Part shown: piece after piece, positions 26,180-35,395 of the stretch
Numbering within the stretch: the first letter of the stretch is position 1
Layout of the letters: each line of letters begins with the position of its first letter
The notes under the pieces: model-generated
Databases searched by the model: none
What the model saw: the letters and a program-made list of their open reading frames with translations, nothing else
What the model was told of the DNA's origin: nothing
From: Actinomycetes bacterium
GTDB lineage: Bacteria > Actinomycetota > Humimicrobiia > JAHJRV01
Length of the DNA: 48,395 nt
Direction: 5' to 3'
Assembly: GCA_030640275.1 (NCBI GenBank)
Contig: DAOWJR010000033.1
Span: 1-48,395 of the forward strand
Translations under genes and position numbers: made by a program

Positions 26180-26403
26180 CTTAGAAATGTAGCTCGTTTT
26201 CCCTTTCCTTAAGGGAGTTGGTGAGAGCTATCCTCCTTTTTATTAATTTTGCACCTCTAAAATTCGTAAAATTAAATTTATATATTAAAATAACTAAAAA
26301 TAATGTTTTAAATTCTATATTAATTGAATGAATTAATCAAATACTTAGATCCATAAAATAAGTCTTACTTTACCTTAAATAATCTTCGATTTTTAAAATA
26401 AAA

Positions 26404-26480
26404 TGGAGCGGGAAACGGGCCTCGAACCCGCGACCTTCAGCTTGGAAGGCTGACGCTCTAGCCAACTGAGCTACTCCCGC
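26404..26480 (-). tRNA. tRNA-Gly (anticodon TCC), CCA encoded
   Basis: Acceptor GCGGGAG/TTCCCGC, anticodon loop CTTCCAA, T-loop TTCGAGG. A perfect TATAAT (26496-26501, minus strand) lies just upstream. Confidence 0.9.
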
Positions 26481-26600
26481 TCATTAGTTAAACATATTAT
26501 ACTAAATTAATCAAAATTAAACAGATTCCTTCTCAACCATTCAAGAGCACCTTCTGTCTTCAACCATACTATAAATAGAAAGAAAATCGCAAGGTTTGGT

Positions 26601-26680
<80 letters not shown>

Positions 26681-26850
26681 ATTTATTTTTATGTCTCACT
26701 ATAACTTCTGTAACTATTAAATTTTAATAAATTCTCCCTCCTATAAAAATTATTAATATTTACTATAAGTAATTATTAATATTTTTCAATTTATATCAAG
26801 TGAATTTAATTTTTAGACTAAAAATAATTATAATAAATAATAAAACGAAA

Positions 26851-27477
26851 TTAAAAAATATCTATACTTACAATTCTGAATAATTTTTTTAAGGCTTTTG
26901 CTCTATGACTTATCTTATTTTTTTCTTCTATTCCTATTTGAGCCATTGTATATGAGTGACCCTCAGGTACAAAAATAGGATCATACCCAAAACCACTTTC
27001 ACCATTTGGTGAGAAATCTATTTTCCCCTCACATTTTCCTTGTGACATAAAAAACTTGTCATTTGGTAGATACAAAACAGCCACGCAACGAAATCTTGCT
27101 GTTCTTTCTATAAAGGGACAGTCTTTCATTAGATTTAAGACCTTTTGGACATTTTCTAAATCAGTAGAACCCTCACCTGCATATCTTGCAGATTTTATAC
27201 CAGGTTCTCCTCTTAAATAATCTATTTCAAGTCCTGAATCCTCGGCTAATGTTGGTTTCTTTGTAAAGTTTGCTATTGTTTTAGCCTTCTTTAAAGCATT
27301 TTCTTCGTAACTATTTACAGATTCTTCTATTTTTGGCCAGTCTTTAAAATCTAAATAGGTTAGCCATCTAATATTCTTATTAGATAAAATCGATTTTATT
27401 TCTTTAATCTTACCTCTATTTTTTGATGCAATAACTATCTCAATTTGTTTATTCGTACACATATCATTTGTTCTCAA
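26851..27477 (-). CDS. rdgB: dITP/XTP pyrophosphatase (RdgB/HAM1 family)
   Basis: 208 aa. IVIASKNRGKIKE, AEDSGLEIDYLRGEPGIKSARY and FGYDPIF motifs. rph-rdgB synteny. The start may be one of the internal Met codons. Confidence 0.85.
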   Translation of the reverse strand: MRTNDMCTNKQIEIVIASKNRGKIKEIKSILSNKNIRWLTYLDFKDWPKIEESVNSYEENALKKAKTIANFTKKPTLAEDSGLEIDYLRGEPGIKSARYAGEGSTDLENVQKVLNLMKDCPFIERTARFRCVAVLYLPNDKFFMSQGKCEGKIDFSPNGESGFGYDPIFVPEGHSYTMAQIGIEEKNKISHRAKALKKLFRIVSIDIF

Positions 27478-27527
27478 ATTTTATATAGAAGTGATGATTA
27501 AAATAAATATCCAAATATTTTTTTATA

Positions 27528-28268
27528 TCACTTTTTTAATTTATCTATATCCTTACCTATTAAATCTCTTTGAATCTCAATTATCTTTTTTATTCCCTCA
27601 CTTGCTACTTCTAACATTTTTTGAAATATATCTTTTGATAAGGGTTTATCCTCTGCTGTTATCTGAATCTCAACTATTTCACCTTTTGATGTCATAACAG
27701 CATTCATGTCTGCCTGTGCTTTACTATCCTCCTCAAAACAAATATCTAAAAGAATTTCTGTATTAAATAATCCTACACTTGTAGCAGCAACAAAATCTAT
27801 TATTGGAATAATATCAATCTCTTTTTTAGAAACTAATCTATTTAAACAGTCATGTAATGCAATATAAGAACCAGTTATTGCTGCAGTTCTTGTCCCACCA
27901 TCCGCTTGAATAACATCACAATCTATCCAGATTGTTCTCTCTCCCAGTTTATCAAGTTCTACAACTGCTCTTAATGATCTCCCTATAAGTCTTTGGATTT
28001 CATATGTTCTACCTTTTATTCTTCCAGTTGTAGAATCTCTTATAGTTCTTGTAGATGTAGAACGAGGTAACATAGAATATTCCGCAGTTATCCAACCACT
28101 TCCTTGACCCCTTAGAAATTGAGGTACTCTATCTTCAACACTTGCTGTACATATTAATTTTGTTTTTCCTACCTCTATTAAGACTGAACCTTCTGCATAT
28201 TCTATATAATTTCTTTTAATTTTAATTTTTCTAAGTTCATATGGTTTTCTTCCATCTATCCTTTTCAT
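27528..28268 (-). CDS. rph: Ribonuclease PH
   Basis: 246 aa. [46 protein letters not shown]. Confidence 0.95.
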   Translation of the reverse strand: MKRIDGRKPYELRKIKIKRNYIEYAEGSVLIEVGKTKLICTASVEDRVPQFLRGQGSGWITAEYSMLPRSTSTRTIRDSTTGRIKGRTYEIQRLIGRSLRAVVELDKLGERTIWIDCDVIQADGGTRTAAITGSYIALHDCLNRLVSKKEIDIIPIIDFVAATSVGLFNTEILLDICFEEDSKAQADMNAVMTSKGEIVEIQITAEDKPLSKDIFQKMLEVASEGIKKIIEIQRDLIGKDIDKLKK

Positions 28269-28306
28269 ATTTATCCCCTTACTAAATTTATTAAGAATTT
28301 ATAAAG

Positions 28307-28335
28307 ATTATATCATTAATATATATACTATTTAA
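28307..28335 (-). promoter_or_regulatory. Candidate promoter for rph-rdgB
   Basis: The minus strand reads TTAAAT, 17 nt, then TATAAT, about 40 nt upstream of the rph start. Specificity is low in AT-rich DNA. Confidence 0.3.
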
Positions 28336-28531
28336 TCTTAGTATTTGTAATTTTCTCTTATAAAAGCATGGAATTTATAAAATTTTCAATATAAAAAAGA
28401 TAAAAATGAATATTTCTAATAAAAAATAATATTGGATAACTTTTTAGTAATTTCAATAGGATAAATCTCGTATCAAAACCTGATGCCAAAAATAAGTCTC
28501 ATGTCAAGACCTAACCCCATAAAAGCTAACA

Positions 28532-28564
28532 AAAAAAGGAGCTCTTAATTCAACTCAAGAGCTC
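28532..28564 (-). terminator. Rho-independent terminator after ssrA
   Basis: The minus strand reads GAGCTCTT-GAGTTGAATT-AAGAGCTC followed by CTTTTTTT, about 20 nt after the tmRNA CCA end. Confidence 0.75.
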
Positions 28565-28581
28565 GTGAAATAATATAAATT

Positions 28582-28924
28582 TGGTGGAGGTGCCGGGAAT
28601 CGAACCCGGGTCCGAAGAAATCTATCAGAAGTATCTACAAGTTTATTCTGTATTAAAATTCGCTATTTGGTTTATATACAGAAATACATAACCAACTGCT
28701 ATTCCGAGTATCTTTTCACTCTCATCTTCCTCGGAAGTAAAGATGTGAGATAGTCTACTACCGGCATTCACTAAAGTCCGTAGACAAAACTTTAAGAATG
28801 TAGCCTTTTTAGGCTAGTGCGTATGCAGGTTCTGCATTTATATGTTTTTCCAGCTTCTTACGAGGATCTGGTCCTCGACTTGCAACTTTTGCTTCAATTT
28901 CTCCGTCGAAGCCAATTCACCCCC
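28582..28924 (-). ncRNA. ssrA: tmRNA (SsrA), about 343 nt
   Basis: 5' end GGGGGTGAATTGGCTTCGACGG. 3' tRNA-like end GGACCCGGGTTCGATTCCCGGCACCTCCACCA. After the PK1-like CCTCGTAA, the candidate tag ORF GCA GAA CCT GCA TAC GCA CTA GCC TAA (28809-28835) encodes AEPAYALA. Its stop codon is embedded in hairpin CTAGCC-TAAAAA-GGCTAC. Located immediately downstream of smpB. Confidence 0.9.
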
Positions 28925-29002
28925 ACGCAATAATTATACAACTTTTTTACATTATTTTAAAGTGAAGTTGAATAAAACCTAAAAATTATAGATTATAGAA
29001 AT

Positions 29003-29479
29003 TTATAAGACTTTTCTTAGTTCTTTTAAAGTTCTTTCTTGTTCTCTTTCTTGATCCTTTTTTATGATATCTCTTCTCTTATCATACTTCTTTTTACCTT
29101 TTGCTAAACCTAATTCTACTTTTACATATTTACCCTTAAGATATATTTTTAATGGAATTATTGTATAACCTCTTTCAGTTGTTCTACCCATTATTCTATT
29201 TATTTCTCTTTTTTTTAGAAGAAGCTTCCTGTCTTTATCAGGTACTATCCTTTCATATCCAATTTTATTATAGGGACTGATATGAAGACTGTGTAATATA
29301 ACTTCACCATCTTTTACAGTAGCATAACTATCTTTAAAATTCACATTTCTATTGCGAACAGATTTTACCTCAGAACCTTTTAATACTATTCCAGCTTCAT
29401 ATTTTTCCTCAATAATGTAATCTCTATATGCTTTTCTATTAGTTGCAATTATCACTTTATCAATCATATTTTTACTCAT
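29003..29479 (-). CDS. smpB: SsrA-binding protein SmpB
   Basis: ATNRKAYRDYIIEEKYEAGIVLKGSEVKSVR, with a basic C-terminal tail. I moved the start to the ATG at 29479 (MSKNMIDK...), which overlaps the ctpA stop (ATGAGTAA). The track's 29536 start would overlap ctpA by 65 nt. Confidence 0.9.
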   Translation of the reverse strand: MSKNMIDKVIIATNRKAYRDYIIEEKYEAGIVLKGSEVKSVRNRNVNFKDSYATVKDGEVILHSLHISPYNKIGYERIVPDKDRKLLLKKREINRIMGRTTERGYTIIPLKIYLKGKYVKVELGLAKGKKKYDKRRDIIKKDQEREQERTLKELRKVL

Positions 29480-30944
29480 TCCAAATATTACTAAATAGAG
29501 GCCATGCTTGTAATGATGAGGAACTTTTAACTTCATTTATGAGCTCCAGGGCAATTTTTTTTGCTATTTCTAATTGTTCATCTTCGTCAGTTTCACTATT
29601 ATCGTCAATAATGATATCGGGAGTAATTCCTATTTCCTCTATGCTTCTTTCAGAAGGTAGATAATAATTTCCAGTTGTAAATTTTATAGCTGAACCATCA
29701 GAAAGAGAAAATATCTTTTGAACTTTACCTTTTCCAAAAGTGGTATTTCCAACTAATTTTGCTCTATTGTGATCTTGCATTGCTCCAGCAAAAATTTCTG
29801 AAGCTGAGGCTGACCACTTATCAACAATAATAACTAAAGGAAATTGAGCATATGGTGTATCTTTCCCTCTATATGTTATAGTATCTGTTTTTTCTTTCAC
29901 TATTACAATATTTCCTCTGTCAATGAAAAGTTGACCTAAATTAACTGCATCTAAAAGAAGACCACCGGTATTTCCACGTAAATCTAAAATTAGTGCTTCT
30001 ATACCTTGATCAGATAATTCCTCTAGTTCATTTTTTAATCTATTTGCTCCTCCTTCAATAAATCCAATATATCTAACATGCCCTATTTTGTTATTTAGGA
30101 TTTCAATTATTAAATTAGGAATTTCTATTTCTTCTCTTATAAGCTCTTCAGTAAATTTTTCATTTGTCCCAGGTCTAAAGAAAATTATAGTAACTTTTGT
30201 ACCAGTTTTACCTCTAATTAGTGCTACTACTTCATCAATATTTTTACCCTCAATTGATTGTCCATCTACACTTATTATTACATCATCAGCTTTAATTCCA
30301 GCTCTATAAGCTGGTGTATTCTCCATTGGTTTAACTACAACAATTTTTTCTTCTACCTGATTCACATACATACCAACACCAGAAATGTGTCCTGAGTAGT
30401 TTTCCATCATAATCCTATAATTTTCTGGATAAAAGAAATATGCATATTTGTCACCTAAGCTTTTAATCATAGATTCATTTCCATACATAATAAGGTCTTC
30501 CATTTTAATTACATCTTTCTTTTCTCTTAGCTTTCTTATTAATTCCTTTATAGAATCTAAAGAGTCCTCTGGATATTTGTCTTTAATTTTTTCTAACTCA
30601 TCTTTATCCTGTTCTGATAAAAGTTCGGGATATTTTTCATCAGTGCTTTTAATTATCCCCTCAAAAGCTGAGGTAATTAATTCTTCTCTTTTAATATCAT
30701 ACAGGTATTCTTTCTCAATACTATCAATAACATCATTAATTGGAGAAATATTAATATCTGATCTTATAGTTACTACTTCTTTTATTTTTTCAGGTATTTT
30801 AAATAATTCTTGCTTTAAATTACAACCAATACTGGAAGTAATAATTGAAAATATCAATGTAGATAGAATTATTATATAAATTCTATTTTTTACTTTTTTT
30901 ATAGATATTTTTTTTACCATAATAAAAATTTCTTTATTTTTCAA
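29472..30944 (-). CDS. ctpA: Carboxyl-terminal processing protease (S41 family, CtpA/CtpB-like)
   Basis: 490 aa. Signal/anchor with a possible lipobox (SSIGC). PDZ domain (PAYRAGIKADDVIISVDGQSI). S41 catalytic blocks LILDLRGNTGGLL and DKWSASASEIFAGAMQD. The start is uncertain (TTG at 30944 or ATG at 30920). Confidence 0.85.
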   Translation of the reverse strand: MKNKEIFIMVKKISIKKVKNRIYIIILSTLIFSIITSSIGCNLKQELFKIPEKIKEVVTIRSDINISPINDVIDSIEKEYLYDIKREELITSAFEGIIKSTDEKYPELLSEQDKDELEKIKDKYPEDSLDSIKELIRKLREKKDVIKMEDLIMYGNESMIKSLGDKYAYFFYPENYRIMMENYSGHISGVGMYVNQVEEKIVVVKPMENTPAYRAGIKADDVIISVDGQSIEGKNIDEVVALIRGKTGTKVTIIFFRPGTNEKFTEELIREEIEIPNLIIEILNNKIGHVRYIGFIEGGANRLKNELEELSDQGIEALILDLRGNTGGLLLDAVNLGQLFIDRGNIVIVKEKTDTITYRGKDTPYAQFPLVIIVDKWSASASEIFAGAMQDHNRAKLVGNTTFGKGKVQKIFSLSDGSAIKFTTGNYYLPSERSIEEIGITPDIIIDDNSETDEDEQLEIAKKIALELINEVKSSSSLQAWPLFSNIWNE

Positions 30945-31087
30945 ATTTTACTTAAAAAATATACCGATTATAATTTTACCAGAAATCACTATAGAGCCTT
31001 GAATAAAAATAGCTTTATTAAAAATTAGATATTTCATTAAACATGGCGCGAATTAGAGGTAATATAAAACAAGAAAAAGGGTGTAAA

Positions 31088-32263
31088 TTAGAAGTAATTT
31101 AAAGGATTTTTTGCAACTCCATTTATCCTGACTTCAAAATGAAGGTGAGACCCTGTACTAAATCCAGTTGAACCTATATATGCTATTACCTGTCCAGCCT
31201 TAACTGATTGTCCATTAGAGATAATGATTCTCGAGCAGTGAGCATATAATGTTGAGTACCCACCACCATGATAAATTACGAGATAATTCCCGTAGCCACC
31301 TCCCCACCCGAAAGTGATTTTAACAACTTCACCACTTGCAGCTGCAAATATTGGTGATCCATACGGAACTGCGATGTCTATTCCGTAATGAAAAGCTCTG
31401 CGGGGATAATTCCTGTAACCAAAACCAGAAGATATCCTTCCACGAACAGTTGGCCATAAAAACTTTCCTGAAAAGCTACCTTCTCTTAAGCTAGCCAAAT
31501 ATGCTTCAATCATTTTTGCTTCTGCTTCTTGCTGTCTCAGTAAGTACTCAAGTTGTGTGGTATTTTTCTTTGCACTTGCTAATAGATTGAATTTCTGATT
31601 ATAAATTTCCTGAAGATCGCTTCTCTTTTTTTCAGTAATTCTAATTAATGTGGTCTGTTTTTCAACCAAATGTTCATAATAATCCCTTTCCTTTTCAATC
31701 TCTTTCTTCTCCACTATAATGTTATTTCTTGTTTTTAATACATTTTCAACAATTATCGCATCTTTATCAGCAACTACATTCACTAATTTCCATCTATTAA
31801 TAAAATCCTGTAAATCTATGGGTTCAGAAAGGATTGAAATAAAGCCTTCCTCTTTACCTTTATATATCTCTACTAACCTATTGACTAAAACTGCATATTT
31901 TTCTCTAAGTTCATTTTCAAGTAGCATAATTTTATTCTTTTTCTTTTCTAAGTCCCACTCAATTCCTCTTATTTCTGAGTTAAGCTCATCAAGCTTAGCT
32001 AAATGGTCATCTAAATCTGCTTGAATCTCATTTATCTCACCTTCTACATTATTAACTTGAGTCTGAAATTCCTTTTCTTTTTGCTTGGAAAGGTTTATTT
32101 GATTTTTAGTTTTTTCTTGTTCATTCTTAATTTGTTCGAGCTTTTGTTCGGGATTTAAATATATATTATTGTTATTACCATAAGCAGTATTAGAGAAAAG
32201 GAAGATAAAAATTAGGGTTAAAGAGAAAACGCAAATTAAATTCTTTTTCAATTTTGTTTTCAT
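31088..32263 (-). CDS. M23 family metallopeptidase with an N-terminal coiled coil (EnvC/PcsB-like partner of FtsEX)
   Basis: 391 aa. Signal peptide, then about 230 aa of heptad-rich coiled coil. C-terminal M23 motifs HYGIDIAVPYGSPI and GSTGFSTGSHLHFEV. Directly downstream of ftsEX. Confidence 0.85.
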   Translation of the reverse strand: MKTKLKKNLICVFSLTLIFIFLFSNTAYGNNNNIYLNPEQKLEQIKNEQEKTKNQINLSKQKEKEFQTQVNNVEGEINEIQADLDDHLAKLDELNSEIRGIEWDLEKKKNKIMLLENELREKYAVLVNRLVEIYKGKEEGFISILSEPIDLQDFINRWKLVNVVADKDAIIVENVLKTRNNIIVEKKEIEKERDYYEHLVEKQTTLIRITEKKRSDLQEIYNQKFNLLASAKKNTTQLEYLLRQQEAEAKMIEAYLASLREGSFSGKFLWPTVRGRISSGFGYRNYPRRAFHYGIDIAVPYGSPIFAAASGEVVKITFGWGGGYGNYLVIYHGGGYSTLYAHCSRIIISNGQSVKAGQVIAYIGSTGFSTGSHLHFEVRINGVAKNPLNYF

Positions 32264-32396
32264 TGATCTCGTAATATGTGATTTTTATTATTAAGAACTG
32301 GCAATAATATGCTAAGAATTATATTCTATCTTCTTTATTAAAATCCTCTTATCACAAATTATCAATAGAAATTACCTTTTCTATTTATAACTAATA

Positions 32397-33368
32397 TTAT
32401 ATTTTAACAAATTTTCTGAGTGCAATTAAACTACCAACTGCTCCAATTAACATTCCTGTTACAAAAAGTAATAGAAAAATTTGAAATTGTAATGGATTTG
32501 TACCTGTTATAGCAAAATTCAATGGTAAGGGAAAAAGATTATTAAATGCATTCTCCAATTTTTTTAGAAATGACATATTGATTATAAAAATCAAGCCTAT
32601 TGCAATTAATGCTCCCGTTATTCCTTGAACTGTGCCCTCAATTATGAATGGCCAACGCACATACCAATTTGATGCTCCAACAAGTTTCATTACCTCTATT
32701 TCTTTTTTTCTTGAAATGATAGAAAGACGTATTGTGTTAAAAATTAAAATAATTGAAGATACAAAGAGAAGTGCAATTATAAGAAATGTTATAATTTTAA
32801 TAGTGTTGGTGACTCTAAAAAACTTACCTACATAATCCTTCCCATAGGTTATATCATTAATCCATTTCCAATAATATTCTTTTTTTTCTTTTTCTTCTTC
32901 TTCCCCTTCTTCAGGTGTTGTTAAATCAAATATTTTCCCATCCTTAAACCTATTTGCAACATCTTCAACAGTTTGCGGATTTTTAAAACTTATTTCAAAT
33001 GAAGCTGGGAGAGTTTCTGGATCTATTATCTCAAATACTGAGCTATTTTCATCAAAACCTTCCATTAATTTTTCCATTGCTTCTTCTTTACTACGATATT
33101 CAACATTTTCAATCTCATTCCAGGATCTTATCTCATCTTTATATTTATGAAGAAATTCTTCAGAAATATCATCTTCAAGATAAACACTTATTTCAACCTC
33201 TCTTTCAATAGCCTTTATAATTTGTCTGGAATCATAAATAACTATGGCAATAGTACCAACCATAAGTAGTGATATCACTACCTGAATAATGGCTACAGAA
33301 GTCATAACAAAATTTCTTCGAATACTTAAATAAGCCTCTCTAAAAAATAGTCTTGGATTAATTCTCAT
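32397..33368 (-). CDS. ftsX: Cell division permease-like protein FtsX
   Basis: 323 aa. N-terminal TM helix, a large extracytoplasmic loop, then a C-terminal FtsX 3-TM bundle (MKLVGASNWYVRWPFIIEG). Confidence 0.85.
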   Translation of the reverse strand: MRINPRLFFREAYLSIRRNFVMTSVAIIQVVISLLMVGTIAIVIYDSRQIIKAIEREVEISVYLEDDISEEFLHKYKDEIRSWNEIENVEYRSKEEAMEKLMEGFDENSSVFEIIDPETLPASFEISFKNPQTVEDVANRFKDGKIFDLTTPEEGEEEEKEKKEYYWKWINDITYGKDYVGKFFRVTNTIKIITFLIIALLFVSSIILIFNTIRLSIISRKKEIEVMKLVGASNWYVRWPFIIEGTVQGITGALIAIGLIFIINMSFLKKLENAFNNLFPLPLNFAITGTNPLQFQIFLLLFVTGMLIGAVGSLIALRKFVKI

Positions 33369-33379
33369 AATATGTTTTT

Positions 33380-34087
33380 TTATAAATTATTGGTTTCAAA
33401 ACCGTAGAGTCCCCTTTTCTGGTCTCTAACTATTTGTCCATTATCTAATTCTATTACTCTTTTTTTCATCATGTCAACCAGAGACCAATCATGTGTTGCC
33501 ATTACAACTGTTGTTCCGGTGTTATTTATTCGAGCAAGCAATTTAATAATTTCCAGTGAGATGTCGGGGTCAATATTACCAGTTGGCTCATCTGCCAAAA
33601 GTAGTGGCGGTCTATTTATAAAAGCTCTTGCAATGGAGACTCTCTGCTGTTCACCACCACTTAGTTGCTTGGGATAGTTATCCGTTTTATCCTCTAATCC
33701 AACCAATTTTAAAATTTGTGGAACTTTAGTTTTCATTTCATATTTAGGTTTGCCTAAAACTTCAAGAGCAAAAGCAATATTTTCATAAGTGGTCTTATTT
33801 GGAAGTAACTTAAAGTCTTCAAATACACACCCAATATTTCTTCTTAAAAATGGAATCATTTTTCTGCGAAGTTTGCATATATTTTTTCCAGCTATATAAA
33901 TTTCTCCAGAAGATGGCTCAAACTCCTTCAGAATTAATCTTATTATGGTAGATTTTCCGGATCCACTTGGTCCAATAAGAAAAACAAATTCACCTTTTTT
34001 TATTTCAAATGAAATATCCTTTATTGAATAGTCTTCCTCTTCATAGAGTTTAGTAACATTTTTAAATTCTATTAAACCTTCATCCAT
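33380..34087 (-). CDS. ftsE: Cell division ATP-binding protein FtsE
   Basis: 235 aa. Walker A GPSGSGKST, ABC signature LSGGEQQRV, Walker B LLLADEPTGN. Confidence 0.9.
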   Translation of the reverse strand: MDEGLIEFKNVTKLYEEEDYSIKDISFEIKKGEFVFLIGPSGSGKSTIIRLILKEFEPSSGEIYIAGKNICKLRRKMIPFLRRNIGCVFEDFKLLPNKTTYENIAFALEVLGKPKYEMKTKVPQILKLVGLEDKTDNYPKQLSGGEQQRVSIARAFINRPPLLLADEPTGNIDPDISLEIIKLLARINNTGTTVVMATHDWSLVDMMKKRVIELDNGQIVRDQKRGLYGFETNNL

Positions 34088-34137
34088 AAATTACCTCTAA
34101 TATTAATTTAGTTTCAAATTATACCAAATTTTTTTAA

Positions 34138-35220
34138 CTATTGATATTTTTTTAAGAAAATATTAATATCTCCATCTAAAACCTCTGTTACCTTGGTTAC
34201 TTCTAATCCAGTTCTGTGATCTTTTATCATTTTATATGGGTGTAAAATATAGCTTCTGATTTGACTACCCCATGCTATTTCTTTTTTTTGTTTATGAAGT
34301 TTTTCTTTCTTTATTTCTCTTAAATCAATCTCTCTTTGATGTAGTCTTGAAATTAAAATTGTAAGGGCAGTTCTACGATTTAGTGTTTGGGCTCTCTCCT
34401 TCTGACACTGAACAATGATCCCGGTTGGTAAATGTGTTATTCTAACTGCTGACTCTGTGACATTAACATGCTGTCCTCCAGGACCACTTGATCTATAGGT
34501 TTCTATTTTTAAATCTTTTTGCTCTAACTTAATATCTATATCATTTTTAATTAATGGAGTAACCTCTACTGAAGCAAAAGATGTATGTCTTCTATGAGCA
34601 GCATCAAAAGGAGATAACCTCACCAATCGGTGAACTCCTTTATCAACTTTTAATAGTCCATACGCAAATTTGCCCTCTATTGTAAAAGTTGCACTCTTAA
34701 TCCCAGCTTCTTCACCATAAATAATTGAGATTATTTCTGTTTTAAATCCTTTTTTATCTGCCCAACGTATGTACATCCTCATTAACATATTAGCCCAATC
34801 CTGAGATTCAATTCCACCAGCTCCAGGATGTATATTAATAATAGCTGGTAATTTATCATCTTTGTCTGTAAAAATCTTTTTTAATTCAAATTCTTCAACA
34901 TCTTTAATTAATTCCAAAATTTTAACTGTCACTTCACTTGCTAAATCATTATCCTTGCCTTCTAATGCAAGTTGATTCGTAAGTTGTAGTTCTAATAACC
35001 CCTTTTTAAGTGTGTAAATATCATTGATTTCTTCTTCAAGTTTTGAAATTTTATCCATCACTTTTTTTGCATTTTCAGGATCATCCCAGAAGTTTTTCCT
35101 ACTTGCCTTTTTTTGAAGTTCAGCCAATTTTTGTTTATTGGAATCAATATCAAGATGTTTCCAAAAATACTCTATTTTATCTATTAACTTTTTAATTTCA
35201 TCACTATAATCTATTATCAT
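34138..35220 (-). CDS. prfB: Peptide chain release factor 2, encoded in a single frame (no programmed +1 frameshift)
   Basis: 360 aa. The SPF tripeptide (RLSPFDA) marks RF2. GGQ motif present (SGPGGQHVN). The region homologous to the E. coli CTT TGA C shift site reads CAT CTT GAT in frame. Confidence 0.9.
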   Translation of the reverse strand: MIIDYSDEIKKLIDKIEYFWKHLDIDSNKQKLAELQKKASRKNFWDDPENAKKVMDKISKLEEEINDIYTLKKGLLELQLTNQLALEGKDNDLASEVTVKILELIKDVEEFELKKIFTDKDDKLPAIINIHPGAGGIESQDWANMLMRMYIRWADKKGFKTEIISIIYGEEAGIKSATFTIEGKFAYGLLKVDKGVHRLVRLSPFDAAHRRHTSFASVEVTPLIKNDIDIKLEQKDLKIETYRSSGPGGQHVNVTESAVRITHLPTGIIVQCQKERAQTLNRRTALTILISRLHQREIDLREIKKEKLHKQKKEIAWGSQIRSYILHPYKMIKDHRTGLEVTKVTEVLDGDINIFLKKYQ

Positions 35221-35395
35221 ACTACCAAATAGAAATTCTTAGAAAATGAATAACCTTTAATATTCTGTTAAATTATTTATCTCAAAGATTTGTGACATGG
35301 TTCCGAAGACATTTTAGTCAAGAAACTCTGCCCAAAGCTTCCGATATTTATTTTTTATTAGAATTTAATATCTTATAAATTTAATTTTTAATTTT

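Noticed and set aside
26517-26567. Two abutting mini-ORFs on the minus strand between tRNA-Pro and tRNA-Gly. They read ATGGTTGAAGACAGAAGGTGCTCTTGA and ATGGTTGAGAAGGAATCTGTTTAA, encoding MVEDRRCS* and MVEKESV*, and come from a short direct repeat ATGGTTGA.
   Set aside because: Neither has a Shine-Dalgarno sequence, they sit inside a probable tRNA co-transcript spacer, and each is only 7-8 codons long. A short local duplication is the simpler explanation. They would deserve another look only if ribosome profiling shows occupancy.
29480-29536. N-terminal extension of the smpB ORF. The analogous extension of rodA (10271-10354) is covered here too.
   Set aside because: Both extensions overlap the upstream gene by 65-100 nt and add residues not found in homologues. 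Internal ATG codons give typical 4-17-nt overlaps with the upstream stop and give standard N-termini.
35140-35170. Expected programmed +1 frameshift site in prfB
   Set aside because: The RF2 ORF is continuous from its ATG. The position homologous to CTT TGA C reads CAT CTT GAT, with no in-frame stop. A sizeable minority of bacteria encode RF2 without the frameshift, so this is normal variation and not a pseudogene or a novelty.
35225-35345. Moderately GC-richer patches in AT-rich spacers, considered as candidate small RNAs. Examples are 35281-35345, 38041-38100 and 28470-28530.
   Set aside because: They contain only short, imperfect stems. I found no convincing promoter-terminator pair and no recognisable similarity to each other or to known RNA families by eye. 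The evidence is insufficient without covariance or expression data.
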